64,000 nucleotides of DNA, taken from Candidatus Dormiibacterota bacterium. GTDB lineage: Bacteria > Chloroflexota > Dormibacteria > Aeolococcales > Aeolococcaceae. Every line of letters starts with the position of its first letter. Position 1 is the first letter of the stretch. The translations under genes and the position numbers were made by a program. Of the stretch, positions 56,145 to 64,000 are shown piece by piece. The notes beneath the pieces were generated by a model. It ran no database searches. It was not told the origin of the DNA and saw only the letters and a list, made by a program, of their open reading frames with translations. The DNA lies in contig CAWHLW010000009.1 of NCBI GenBank assembly GCA_963830305.1, forward strand, positions 229,128 to 293,127. Direction: 5' to 3'.

Positions 56145-57787
56145 ATGACCATGACTACAACCAACGTGGAGATCCTGCGCCAGGGCTGGCTCGACGCCGC
56201 CTCCGCCCTGGCGCCCGGACTCGACGCACTGCCTGAATTCCTCGAGCACGGCCTCGAAGCCGCCGTCATCGACGAGCGCCTTGACGAGCAGTCGCTGCTG
56301 CGGGTCGTCACCGAGGTGACCTCGGCGGCCGCGGACTCGCTCCCGGCCGAGGAGCTGTACTTCCTCACGCGCCGCCTCCAACGCGCAGTCTACGAGTACC
56401 TGCTCTCGCTTGACGCTCTCCCCGAGCCGCCGCCGCGTCGCGACGCCTCCAACGGCCACCCCGCTCCCGATACCGCGCTCATCGGAGCTGAGGAAGTCGC
56501 TGCGCTCGGCCGCAACGGCCATGTCAAGACCGTCGTTGAACCGCACCTCCTCAAGGCCACCCCCGTACCCGAACTCGAGCCTGAGCCGACGCCCGAGGCG
56601 CTTCCCGACGTCGTGCCGGAGACCAACGCCGAGGCGCTGCCGGAGACGTCCGCGGAGACCGCTGCGGCTGATCGCGTCGAGGCCGGTCTCGCGGAGCTCG
56701 ATGCCCAGCTGTCACCCGATGAGGTCGACGACGCCCCTGTAGCTGCGGCCGAGCCCGAGAACGAGACGGCCTCCCCCGAGGCACCGGATCATGGAGTGGA
56801 GCCATCGACGCGACCGGCCTTCACCCTTTTCCGGCGAAACGGAACCGCGTCCAAGGCAGACAAGTCGGCGCAGGCAAATGGCACCGAAAATGTTGGCGCC
56901 GAGCCTGCCGCAGCCAATGGGTCGGGCACAGCCCACGCTGACGAGAACGGCGATGATGCCGAATCGTTCGTGAAGCCGAAGAGTGGCTTTCACCTCAGTG
57001 ACCTCGCGGACTTCGCCGTTGTCCAGCGTTCGGCCGTTGCCCCCGAGGCGCCCCAAGAGTCCGAGCAGAGTTCAAGCAAGAGCCCGAGCAGAAGTCCAGG
57101 CAGGAATCTGGACAGAAGTCCAAGCAGAAGTCCGACCCCGCCGCGTTTCTCGAACGCCTGGATGCCGTCCAACCTGAGCCGGCCCAGGAGTTCACCGAGG
57201 CCGAACCCGTTGGGGAAACGATCCCCGCGCAGGCGGCGCGCGAAGCCGCGAGCGGCGCCGCGGCGAGAGGCTGGCGGCTCCGCGACGACGACGCGGATAC
57301 GCATGACCTGACTTCGGAGACCGACTCCGACGACAATCGATTCGAAACCGACCCCGAGGTCGTCGAGGCCCGTCTCGAGATCAACGACCGGCTCCGCCGC
57401 CGGCGCTGCGATGAGGCTGCCGCGCTGCTCCAGCGACTCGCGAATGACGTGGGCGGACGGGCACTTGCGGAACTTGCGCTCGACGCGGGAGATCGCTGCC
57501 GGGCGCTCGGCAAGGGCAACGCGGCGCTCAGCTGCTACCTCGCGGCCTCGCGCGCGGATCCCGTGCACGAGACCCCGCTGTTGCGACTCGCCGACATCTG
57601 CATCGACGATCACGACATCGACCTTGCGGTTTCGTACCTGGAACGCGTGACCCGGTTGCGCAGATTGCGCAATGACGACAAGGGCGCGTTGAAGCTGTAC
57701 CGCAAGATCGTGACCATCGCACCGTACCGAGACGACATTCTCGCGATGTTGATGCGCGCCCAGGCCAACGGCCGCTTCGACGAATAA
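56145..57787 (+). CDS. Hypothetical protein (N-domain, acidic disordered linker, helical-repeat C-domain), frame break near 57069
   Basis: ATG 56145 in ORF 56088..57311. After ...APEAPQESEQ the frame becomes Ser/Arg/Pro junk. The frame of ORF 57449..57787 is open, with no start codon, back to ~57070 (FKQEPEQKSRQESGQKSKQKSDPAAFLERL...). Span is 3n+2. Confidence 0.55.
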
Positions 57788-57994
57788 ACAGTTCATGAAC
57801 CGCTGCCGGTCACACGTTGCGTGGCCTTGCTCGTCCGCTGTGCGATGCGTTTGTTACCGAAAGGCGATGAACGGCAGGGTGGATTCGATCCACACTCGGG
57901 TGCGGCCGTCATCCAAGCCAGCAGATAGCTGTGCTGGATGCAGCGTAGCCGCAACCGCGTGACCGACACAAACTGAGACAACCGAGGAGAACAG

Positions 57995-58849
57995 GTGGCC
58001 ATCCAGGCGAACAAACCGAACAGCCGGATCTTCTTGCTTCTTGGAGTCGTGCTGGCTGCGGCGGCGGCGGTTGCCGTGCTGCTCCTGGTGCGCTCGAATG
58101 CACCAGCGAATGAAGTCAGCGTTGTCGTGTCCGACACGAGCATTCCCGCTGGTACGACACTGACACCCGCTATGGTGGTGGTGGCGCAGGTGCCACTGAC
58201 CGCAAAGCCGGGTGACGCGTACACCGACCCGGTGGCCGTGGTCGGCAAGGTGACTCAGGTCGCGCTTGCCAACAACACCCCGCTGGTCCCTGGATTCTTC
58301 TCGACACCCGCCTTGTCGATCACGTCGAGTGGTACCGGGACTGGAACTGCTGTGACTGACGTCGAGACGCAGATCACCAAAGGCTATGTCGCGGTTGCCA
58401 TACCGACCACGACGGCGCTCCCGGCGAGCATCCCGGGCCTCGTGCAGAACAACTTCACCGCTCCGCTCGTCTCCGCCGCGGGCTACATCGAGCCGGGTGA
58501 CCACATCGACATCCTCGTGCAGTCGACCAACGGCAGCATGGGCCTTCGCTACACCTTCCAGGACCTCATCGTGCTGCGAGCCGGTTCCTCCGGTACCTCA
58601 GGGACGGCCACTCCGGACGTGCTGCTCGTCGAAGTGCCTCGCGCGCAGGCACCGCTGCTCACCGGTCTCATGATCGGTGACGGACACGAGTTCGTCGTCA
58701 AGTACGTCCTTCGGCCCGAGTCGGAGTGGGGCAAGCTCACCGCGACTGGCTACACCCCGAACTACGAGTCGACCGGCGCAGCCGACATCCCGTCGGTGAA
58801 GCAGACCATCGTGACTCCAGGCACCCTGGACAGTCTCTTCGGCGGCTGA
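57995..58849 (+). CDS. cpaB: Flp pilus assembly protein CpaB/RcpC-like
   Basis: 284-aa ORF. N-terminal TM, then ...VVVSDTSIPAGTTLTPAMVVVAQVP...VVGKVTQVALANNTPLVPGFF (SAF-like). Directly precedes tadB. Confidence 0.8.
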   Translation: MAIQANKPNSRIFLLLGVVLAAAAAVAVLLLVRSNAPANEVSVVVSDTSIPAGTTLTPAMVVVAQVPLTAKPGDAYTDPVAVVGKVTQVALANNTPLVPGFFSTPALSITSSGTGTGTAVTDVETQITKGYVAVAIPTTTALPASIPGLVQNNFTAPLVSAAGYIEPGDHIDILVQSTNGSMGLRYTFQDLIVLRAGSSGTSGTATPDVLLVEVPRAQAPLLTGLMIGDGHEFVVKYVLRPESEWGKLTATGYTPNYESTGAADIPSVKQTIVTPGTLDSLFGG

Positions 58850-58854
58850 CAGTC

Positions 58855-59835
58855 ATGACGCCAGCCGCAGTTGTCGCAGCGGCCCTGGCCGCGTCGGCAG
58901 TCCTCTCGATCTTTGCCTATCTCCTCAGCCGTGGCCAGAACCAGGCTGGGGAGATGGCCCGGCGCCTCAACCAGTACGGTGGCGACACGGTGGTAGTCAC
59001 CGCGCCACCGCGGGTCAAGACCGGCAACGCGATTCGAGATCTGCTCGACGGACTCACCAGTGGTCTGAACCCGCTGCTGTCGCGCACGTCGCATACGGGC
59101 AAGCTTGCTGACGACCTTCAGAAAGCCGACCTCAAGCTGAAGTCGTCTGAGTGGCTCCTCGCCGTTGTCGGCCTGGGTGTGCTCGTCGGCCTGCTCGTTG
59201 CGTTCCGCTACGGCCAGCCGCTCGCATTCATCCCGTGCCCCATCGTCATCTACTTCCTGAGCGGCTTCTTCCTGAAGTTCCGCCAGAAGCGGCGCACCCG
59301 CGCATTCAACAATCAGCTCGGCGACACGCTGATGCTGCTGAGCAACGCGCTCAAGGCTGGACACTCCTTCGCGCAGGCCCTTGCGTCGGTCGCGAAGAAT
59401 GCGAATCCGCCGATCTCTGACGAGTTCGCGCGCGCAACCCGTGAAATCGCACTCGGTATCAACGTCGATGAGGCGCTCAACCACATGGTGGTGCGCAACA
59501 AGTCCGAGGACTTCGACCTCATGGTCACCGCGGTGCAGATCCAGCGTGTGGTCGGCGGCAACCTCGCCGAGATCCTCGACACCATCGCGTTCACGATCCG
59601 TGAGCGCGTGCGTATCCAGGGCGAGATCCGAACCCTGACTGCTCAGGCTCGCGCCTCGGGCTGGATCATCACGATCCTGCCGATCGCGCTGGCTGGTTTC
59701 CTTGCGCTGATCTCACCGTCGTACTTCGATCCGATGATCACCGATCCGCTCGGGCACATCATGCTCGGCGTGGCGATCTTCTCGATCGCATGCGGCGCGG
59801 TTGCGATCCAGAAAATCGTGAAGATCGAGGTCTGA
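58855..59835 (+). CDS. tadB: Tad pilus platform protein TadB (T2SSF family)
   Basis: ATG 58855 in ORF 58726..59835. ...LSNALKAGHSFAQALASVAKNANPPISDEFARATREIALGINVDEAL...VQIQRVVGGNLAEILDTIAFTIRER... Confidence 0.88.
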   Translation: MTPAAVVAAALAASAVLSIFAYLLSRGQNQAGEMARRLNQYGGDTVVVTAPPRVKTGNAIRDLLDGLTSGLNPLLSRTSHTGKLADDLQKADLKLKSSEWLLAVVGLGVLVGLLVAFRYGQPLAFIPCPIVIYFLSGFFLKFRQKRRTRAFNNQLGDTLMLLSNALKAGHSFAQALASVAKNANPPISDEFARATREIALGINVDEALNHMVVRNKSEDFDLMVTAVQIQRVVGGNLAEILDTIAFTIRERVRIQGEIRTLTAQARASGWIITILPIALAGFLALISPSYFDPMITDPLGHIMLGVAIFSIACGAVAIQKIVKIEV

Positions 59836-59836
59836 C

Positions 59837-60784
59837 GTGAGCCTTCTCGCCATCGGTCTCGCAGCCGCCCTCGGTGGCGGCATTCTGCTCATCGCATTCG
59901 GCCTCGCAATGTCGGTTTCACCGCGTCAGACCGACCTGCTCGAAGCTCGACTCGCTCAGTTCGCCGAGGCCGGCCACGCGCCGGCAACGCTCGCTGAAGT
60001 CGAGATGTCGCTGCCGCTGTTCGACCGCGTGATCCGCCCATTCCTGGACAAGATCGGCAATCAACTCAACAGAAACGCGGGTCAGGGCAGCACCGACGCA
60101 CTCCAGGAAAAGCTGAACCTCGCGGGGCGCCCCATGGGGCTCAATGCCTCGGGATTCCTCGCGCTTCGGCTCCTCTCCATGCTGCTCTTCACCGCGGTCG
60201 GACTCGCGCTGGCGCTTTTCGGCGCGCTGGCGATGCCGCTCTTCGCAGTCGTCCCACTGGGCGGCCTGATCCTCGGATACCTCGCCCCCCAGATGGTGGT
60301 CGCCCGGCGGATCAAGAAGCGTCAGAAGGAGATCCTGCTCGCGCTTCCGAGTGCGCTCGATCTGCTCACGATTTCGGTTGAAGCAGGGCTCAGCTTCGAC
60401 GCCGCCCTCACCCGGGTGGTCGACAAGTACAACAACGAGTTCTCGCGAGAGCTGACGATCATGCTCAACGAGGTCCGCCTCGGTCGCCCACGTCTCGAGG
60501 CACTCGATGATGTCGGCCGGAGGTGCAAGGTCGAGGAGCTGAGCAACTTCATCCAGGCGATAATCCAGTCGGAACAGCTCGGTGTCGGCGTTGCCAACGT
60601 GCTCCGCATCCAGTCAGAAGAGATCCGCCGCAAGCGCCGTCAGCGCGCCGAGGAACAGGGTCAGAAAGCGCCACTGAAGATGCTCTTCCCGATGGTCGGA
60701 TGCATCTTCCCGACGCTCTTCATCGTCCTGCTCGGGCCTGCGGTCATCGAGGTCGCCCACCAGTTCGGCTCCGGCGGGGGCTGA
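59837..60784 (+). CDS. tadC: Tad pilus platform protein TadC (T2SSF family)
   Basis: 315-aa ORF ...LPSALDLLTISVEAGLSFDAALTRVV...IIQSEQLGVGVANVLRIQSEEIRRKRRQRAEEQGQKAPLKMLFPMV... Confidence 0.88.
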   Translation: MSLLAIGLAAALGGGILLIAFGLAMSVSPRQTDLLEARLAQFAEAGHAPATLAEVEMSLPLFDRVIRPFLDKIGNQLNRNAGQGSTDALQEKLNLAGRPMGLNASGFLALRLLSMLLFTAVGLALALFGALAMPLFAVVPLGGLILGYLAPQMVVARRIKKRQKEILLALPSALDLLTISVEAGLSFDAALTRVVDKYNNEFSRELTIMLNEVRLGRPRLEALDDVGRRCKVEELSNFIQAIIQSEQLGVGVANVLRIQSEEIRRKRRQRAEEQGQKAPLKMLFPMVGCIFPTLFIVLLGPAVIEVAHQFGSGGG

Positions 60785-60785
60785 C

Positions 60786-61002
60786 GCCGGAGGACCGCGG
60801 CTCCGGCTTCAGACCGGACTATTCATCCGTGCCGGGGGCGGAGGAGACCCCGGCTCCGGCTTCAAACCGGACTATTCAGCCTCCGCCGGGGTCTCTCCCG
60901 CCCTGGCTCAGCTTCAAACCGGACTATTCAGCCTCCGCCGGGGTCTCCTACGTCCCTGGCTCAGCTTCGATCGGGTCTTTCACCGTCTGCGGGTCCGTCC
61001 GC
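60786..61002. repeat. Tandem array (3 copies plus 1 degenerate, period ~52-53 nt) of the same REP-like element
   Basis: The unit ...gcttca[a/g]accggactattca[g/t]cc[t/g][c/t][c/g][g/c]c[c/g]gggg... recurs with 'ttca[a/g]accgg' at 60808, 60861 and 60913, plus a decayed copy at ~60965. 60840-60895 equals the reverse complement of 54283-54338. Confidence 0.85.
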
Positions 61003-61830
61003 TTAGGACAGCTGGCGGAGAACGCGTTCGAGCTGACGGCGCCTGGCAATGCGCCATCTTGCCCTGAGCGCCGGCACGGAGCGGTACACGTCGGGGACCG
61101 GCGCATCCTCAAGTGCGGACTCGCGGAGCATCGCTGCGACCGTCTCGCGAAGTTCCACGAGGCGGAGGCCTCGGGCTACCTCGAGAGCTGCTGAGATGCG
61201 TGCTTCCTCGCCGGATCGCATCCAGTCCTCGAGCGCGTCGACGAGACCCTCGCGGCCGTCGCCGATGACGATCCGCGCGTATTCGGTGAGCTGCTCCGTG
61301 AGCGTGGCCACGTTGGATTCGAAGCGCCGCTCCAGGTAGGCGAGGATCGCGTCGCGGGCGCTCTGATGGGCGAGTACGGCGATGAGCCCGGGGGCGGTCC
61401 GCCCGATCAACAGCTTCTCGAACGGCGACACCTCGAGGTACCCGATGTGGGCCCCGGCGCTCGACACCAACCATGGGCTGCCGTCGCCTCGGTAGAGGCA
61501 GAGGTTGTCCGGAAGCCCGGGATGCTGCCAGCCGTACAGGCCCCCGGTTGCCTCCTGGAGCACCGTGACGCTCTCCCGGCTCAGGGCGTAGCGGACCAGG
61601 CTTCCGGCCGACGTGATGCTCTTGGCCTGCTGGAACCGCGCCAGGCTCTCGACTGTGGCCTGCCCCTCCGGATCCATCTCGCTCGCCGGCACGGTGAGCA
61701 CCGCCGTCGTGCATTGCACCAGGGCGCATTCGAGCAACCCGGCGTAATCAGGACCCGTGGGCTCGTCCAGGAGATCGTAGGTCTTGCGAGCGGAGACGTC
61801 GCTTCGAGACGTCCGCAGGAGTGGTTGCAC
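61003..61830 (-). CDS. Hypothetical protein
   Basis: 275-aa ORF with protein-like composition (…GGLYGWQHPGLPDNLCLYRGDGSPWLVSSAGAHIGYLEVSPFEKLL…). No family recognised. Confidence 0.5.
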   Translation of the reverse strand: MQPLLRTSRSDVSARKTYDLLDEPTGPDYAGLLECALVQCTTAVLTVPASEMDPEGQATVESLARFQQAKSITSAGSLVRYALSRESVTVLQEATGGLYGWQHPGLPDNLCLYRGDGSPWLVSSAGAHIGYLEVSPFEKLLIGRTAPGLIAVLAHQSARDAILAYLERRFESNVATLTEQLTEYARIVIGDGREGLVDALEDWMRSGEEARISAALEVARGLRLVELRETVAAMLRESALEDAPVPDVYRSVPALRARWRIARRRQLERVLRQLS

Positions 61831-61891
61831 AGAGCAATTCTGTAACGAAAACTCCGGTTCCAGTGCGGCAAACGCGTGTTACGGTCATTTT

Positions 61892-62470
61892 GTGGGCGCG
61901 ATAGCCGCATCTATCGACAGCACTCCAGGCCAGGTCTTCGCCGACGCACTGCTCGTTGTGGCAGTGGCAGTCAACGTGTATCTGGGGTGGAGTCACGGAC
62001 TCATCCGCCGCGTTTTCACCGCGGTGGGCGTCTTTCTTGCGTGCTTCGCCGCATCAAACCTGGGCAACGCGATCGCGGCCCTGATCCACGCCCACAACGC
62101 CGATGCCAACGCCTGGGCGTTCGTCGCGATCTTCGTGTTCGTGATCGTCGTGTTCGAGGTGCTCGGCGCGCTCCTCAACGAGCGTCTCGAGAAGATCGTC
62201 GTCGCTGCGTTCGACAGGATCGCCGGTGTGCTGGTGGGCGCGGTGGTCGGCGTCGCCGAGGTGCTCATCCTGTTCCTCGTGGCCATCTCCGTGAGCGGAC
62301 CGAGCTCGACGACCCATACGAGCATGTCGCAGGACATTCATGCGGCGACGTTGAGTGGCGCGGTGGTTCGTCTCGAGCCCCAGGTGACGACCCTCTTCGC
62401 GCCCGCACTCCCGTCCAACCTGAGCAGCCATTTCGCTCAGAACGCGGTGGTGGTCACTCCGCCCGTCTGA
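61892..62470 (+). CDS. CvpA-like small membrane protein
   Basis: GTG 61892 in ORF 61784..62470. Four hydrophobic spans ...ALLVVAVAVNVYLGWSHGLIRRVFTAVGVFLACFAASNLG... resemble the CvpA family. Assignment is tentative. Confidence 0.5.
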   Translation: MGAIAASIDSTPGQVFADALLVVAVAVNVYLGWSHGLIRRVFTAVGVFLACFAASNLGNAIAALIHAHNADANAWAFVAIFVFVIVVFEVLGALLNERLEKIVVAAFDRIAGVLVGAVVGVAEVLILFLVAISVSGPSSTTHTSMSQDIHAATLSGAVVRLEPQVTTLFAPALPSNLSSHFAQNAVVVTPPV

Positions 62471-62485
62471 CCCGATGGCGCCGGC

Positions 62486-62875
62486 TCAACGGGCCGAGGT
62501 GACGTCCGCTGGAAAGAAGGTCTTGACCACCGAGCCGAGGCCGACAAGGTTGAACGGCTTGGTGATCAGATGATTCGCCCCAGCGAGGCGCGCGCGCTCG
62601 ATATCGTCATCGCTCGAGAGGGCGCTGAACATCACGATGGGGATCTCGGAGGTGGGCGCGTTGCCGCGAATGCGCTTGCAGGTCTCGATGCCGTCCATGC
62701 CGGGCATCATGATGTCGAGGATCACGAGGTCCGGCGCACGCGCCTCGACCTGCGCGAGGCCGTCCTCGCCGTTCTCGGCGGTGGTCACGTCGTAGCCCTC
62801 GATGCCGAGGTACATCGCAACGATGTGGAGGAGCCTGGGATCGTCATCAACGATCAGGATGCTGCCTCGCGTCAT
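62486..62875 (-). CDS. Single-domain response regulator (CheY-like receiver)
   Basis: 129-aa ORF ...SILIVDDDPRLLHIV...DLVILDIMMPGMDG...VMFSAL...TKPF. Confidence 0.9.
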   Translation of the reverse strand: MTRGSILIVDDDPRLLHIVAMYLGIEGYDVTTAENGEDGLAQVEARAPDLVILDIMMPGMDGIETCKRIRGNAPTSEIPIVMFSALSSDDDIERARLAGANHLITKPFNLVGLGSVVKTFFPADVTSAR

Positions 62876-62877
62876 AC

Positions 62878-63627
62878 CTACGCCCCCGCTCCACCCTGGG
62901 GCGCGCTGAGGCGACCGTCTGCCATGTACTCAGAAAGGTCGCGCTCGTGCCCGAGCCCGCGCTCGATCGAATCGAGCACACGCTGGTAGAACTCCTCGCG
63001 TTCCTTGCGATCCTCATCAGGGGCGACAGCCTCGCCGCGCACGCGATGCTGGATCCAGGGCGGGACGAGTTGCTCCACCGTGTTCCCGCCGACCTTGACG
63101 CTAATCATGGTGTCGTCGAGCTCCTCGACGACGATGCTCACCCTGTGAGCGATGCCGACGTGGCTGTCGAGCCGCCAGGCCCGCTCCCAGGCGCGCTGCC
63201 GGCCGATGCCGAGATAGATCAGCGTCACCGGATCGGCGACCAGCTGCCCTCCACTTCCAGAGCTGAGCTCCTTGAGGAGGAGGCGCCAGACGTCGCCGTC
63301 GATCTGCCGCGACACCCAGCCGACCAGTGACGGCGCCCGGTTGTCGAGGTCCGGGAGCGACACCGCCAGCGAGCTGTCAAGGCTCGGCAGCGCGCTGACG
63401 ACACCGGCGTGGCGACGGCAGTACACGTGGTCCTCGATGGTGACCCGGTGTTCAGGGCACCAGGCGGTCCTGCATTCGCGGCCGCGGCGGTCGACGTATT
63501 CGCAGGGCGCGCCGTCCGAGGACGTGCATCCACCCTGTGTGCAGGGATGGAGCGACCTGGGCGTGGACTCGGCGGACATCAGCTGATCCACAGTAGCATC
63601 GGTCGGCCGAGCGCGAACCCTGCCCAT
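62878..63627 (-). CDS. Hypothetical protein with Cys/His-rich N-terminal region
   Basis: 249-aa ORF ...HPCTQGGCTSSDGAPCEYVDRRGRECRTAWCPEHRVTIEDHVYCRRH... 2 nt upstream of the CheY-like gene. Its start abuts the methyltransferase stop. Confidence 0.55.
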   Translation of the reverse strand: MGRVRARPTDATVDQLMSAESTPRSLHPCTQGGCTSSDGAPCEYVDRRGRECRTAWCPEHRVTIEDHVYCRRHAGVVSALPSLDSSLAVSLPDLDNRAPSLVGWVSRQIDGDVWRLLLKELSSGSGGQLVADPVTLIYLGIGRQRAWERAWRLDSHVGIAHRVSIVVEELDDTMISVKVGGNTVEQLVPPWIQHRVRGEAVAPDEDRKEREEFYQRVLDSIERGLGHERDLSEYMADGRLSAPQGGAGA

Positions 63628-64000
63628 CTACCAGACCAACGGAATGAGCCGGCGCGTCTGCGCGGCATAGATCCTGTACTCAGGAAAGACCCGAGCGAGC
63701 AGCCCCTCCTCGAAACGAGCTCTGAGCATCTGCACCCCGATGAACGGAATCAGCGTCAGCGTGGCCCAGAGCGCCGGCCGGGCGAGGACGAGCGCGACGG
63801 CCGCGAGAATCTCGGCGGCATAGAGCGGATGGCGGATGAACCGATACGGTCCTGCTGTGACCACCCGCCGTGCCTCGGGGATGATGCTCAGGTTGCGGCG
63901 CAGATAGAGCAGTCCATACACCCCGAGGACGAAAGCGCCGAGCGCCAGCGGAGCGGAGATGTCACGGATCACCACCCAAGGGGTGAACAGCACCGGATTG
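63628..64000 (-). CDS. Isoprenylcysteine carboxyl / phospholipid methyltransferase-family membrane protein (probably extends past the right edge)
   Basis: ORF 63628..63993 ...VVTAGPYRFIRHPLYAAEILAAVALVLARPALW...QMLRARFEEGLLARVFPEYRIYA... (ICMT/PEMT-type motif). Confidence 0.7.
   Translation of the reverse strand, partial: NPVLFTPWVVIRDISAPLALGAFVLGVYGLLYLRRNLSIIPEARRVVTAGPYRFIRHPLYAAEILAAVALVLARPALWATLTLIPFIGVQMLRARFEEGLLARVFPEYRIYAAQTRRLIPLVW

Noticed and set aside
60786-61002. CRISPR array.
   Set aside because: The ~52-nt units are directly adjacent with no unique spacers. The units are quasi-palindromic and degenerate, no cas genes are nearby, and a single copy occurs inside a larger palindrome at 54.3 kb.

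Overview
GC-rich bacterial chromosome segment. The lineage is probably a high-GC monoderm (Chloroflexota- or Actinomycetota-like), but I cannot resolve this without a database search. Layout: (i) 1-18459, minus strand: one uninterrupted ribosomal super-operon, rpsL-rpsG-fusA-tuf-S10-spc-alpha, running from rpsL at 18459 down to rpsD at the left edge. Most genes are translationally coupled by ATGA/GTGA overlaps. infA is absent, and several r-proteins carry long low-complexity C-terminal tails. (ii) 18808-27819, plus strand: rplJ-rplL-rpoB-rpoC, transcribed divergently from rpsL. The rpoC reading frame is broken by a 1-nt indel. (iii) 27.9-64 kb, accessory region: dense two-component signalling (HD-GYP response regulator, two histidine kinases, an OmpR-type regulator, two CheY-like receivers); two tandem paralogous polytopic membrane proteins; a ParA / ParB-like / coiled-coil operon; a second ParA/MinD ATPase placed start-to-start against a large acidic protein with a DUF4388-like N-terminus; two convergent CpaF/TadA secretion ATPases with a DnaJ-type zinc-finger gene; a CAP-domain protein; two ABC transporters; and cpaB-tadB-tadC with no pilin, peptidase or ATPase beside it. 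A REP/MITE-like palindromic element shares a 56-nt perfect core between two convergent intergenic regions (54.3 kb and 60.8 kb). The most system-like candidate is the 39.4-49.1 kb ParA/ParB-like/DUF4388-like/CpaF cluster together with the displaced tad platform genes. Caveat: six clear single-nucleotide frame breaks, and possibly a seventh in rplX, occur in otherwise intact genes, including essential rpoC. This argues for assembly indel errors, so pseudogene calls here are unsafe. No rRNA, tRNA or CRISPR array, and no transposase or integrase gene, was seen.
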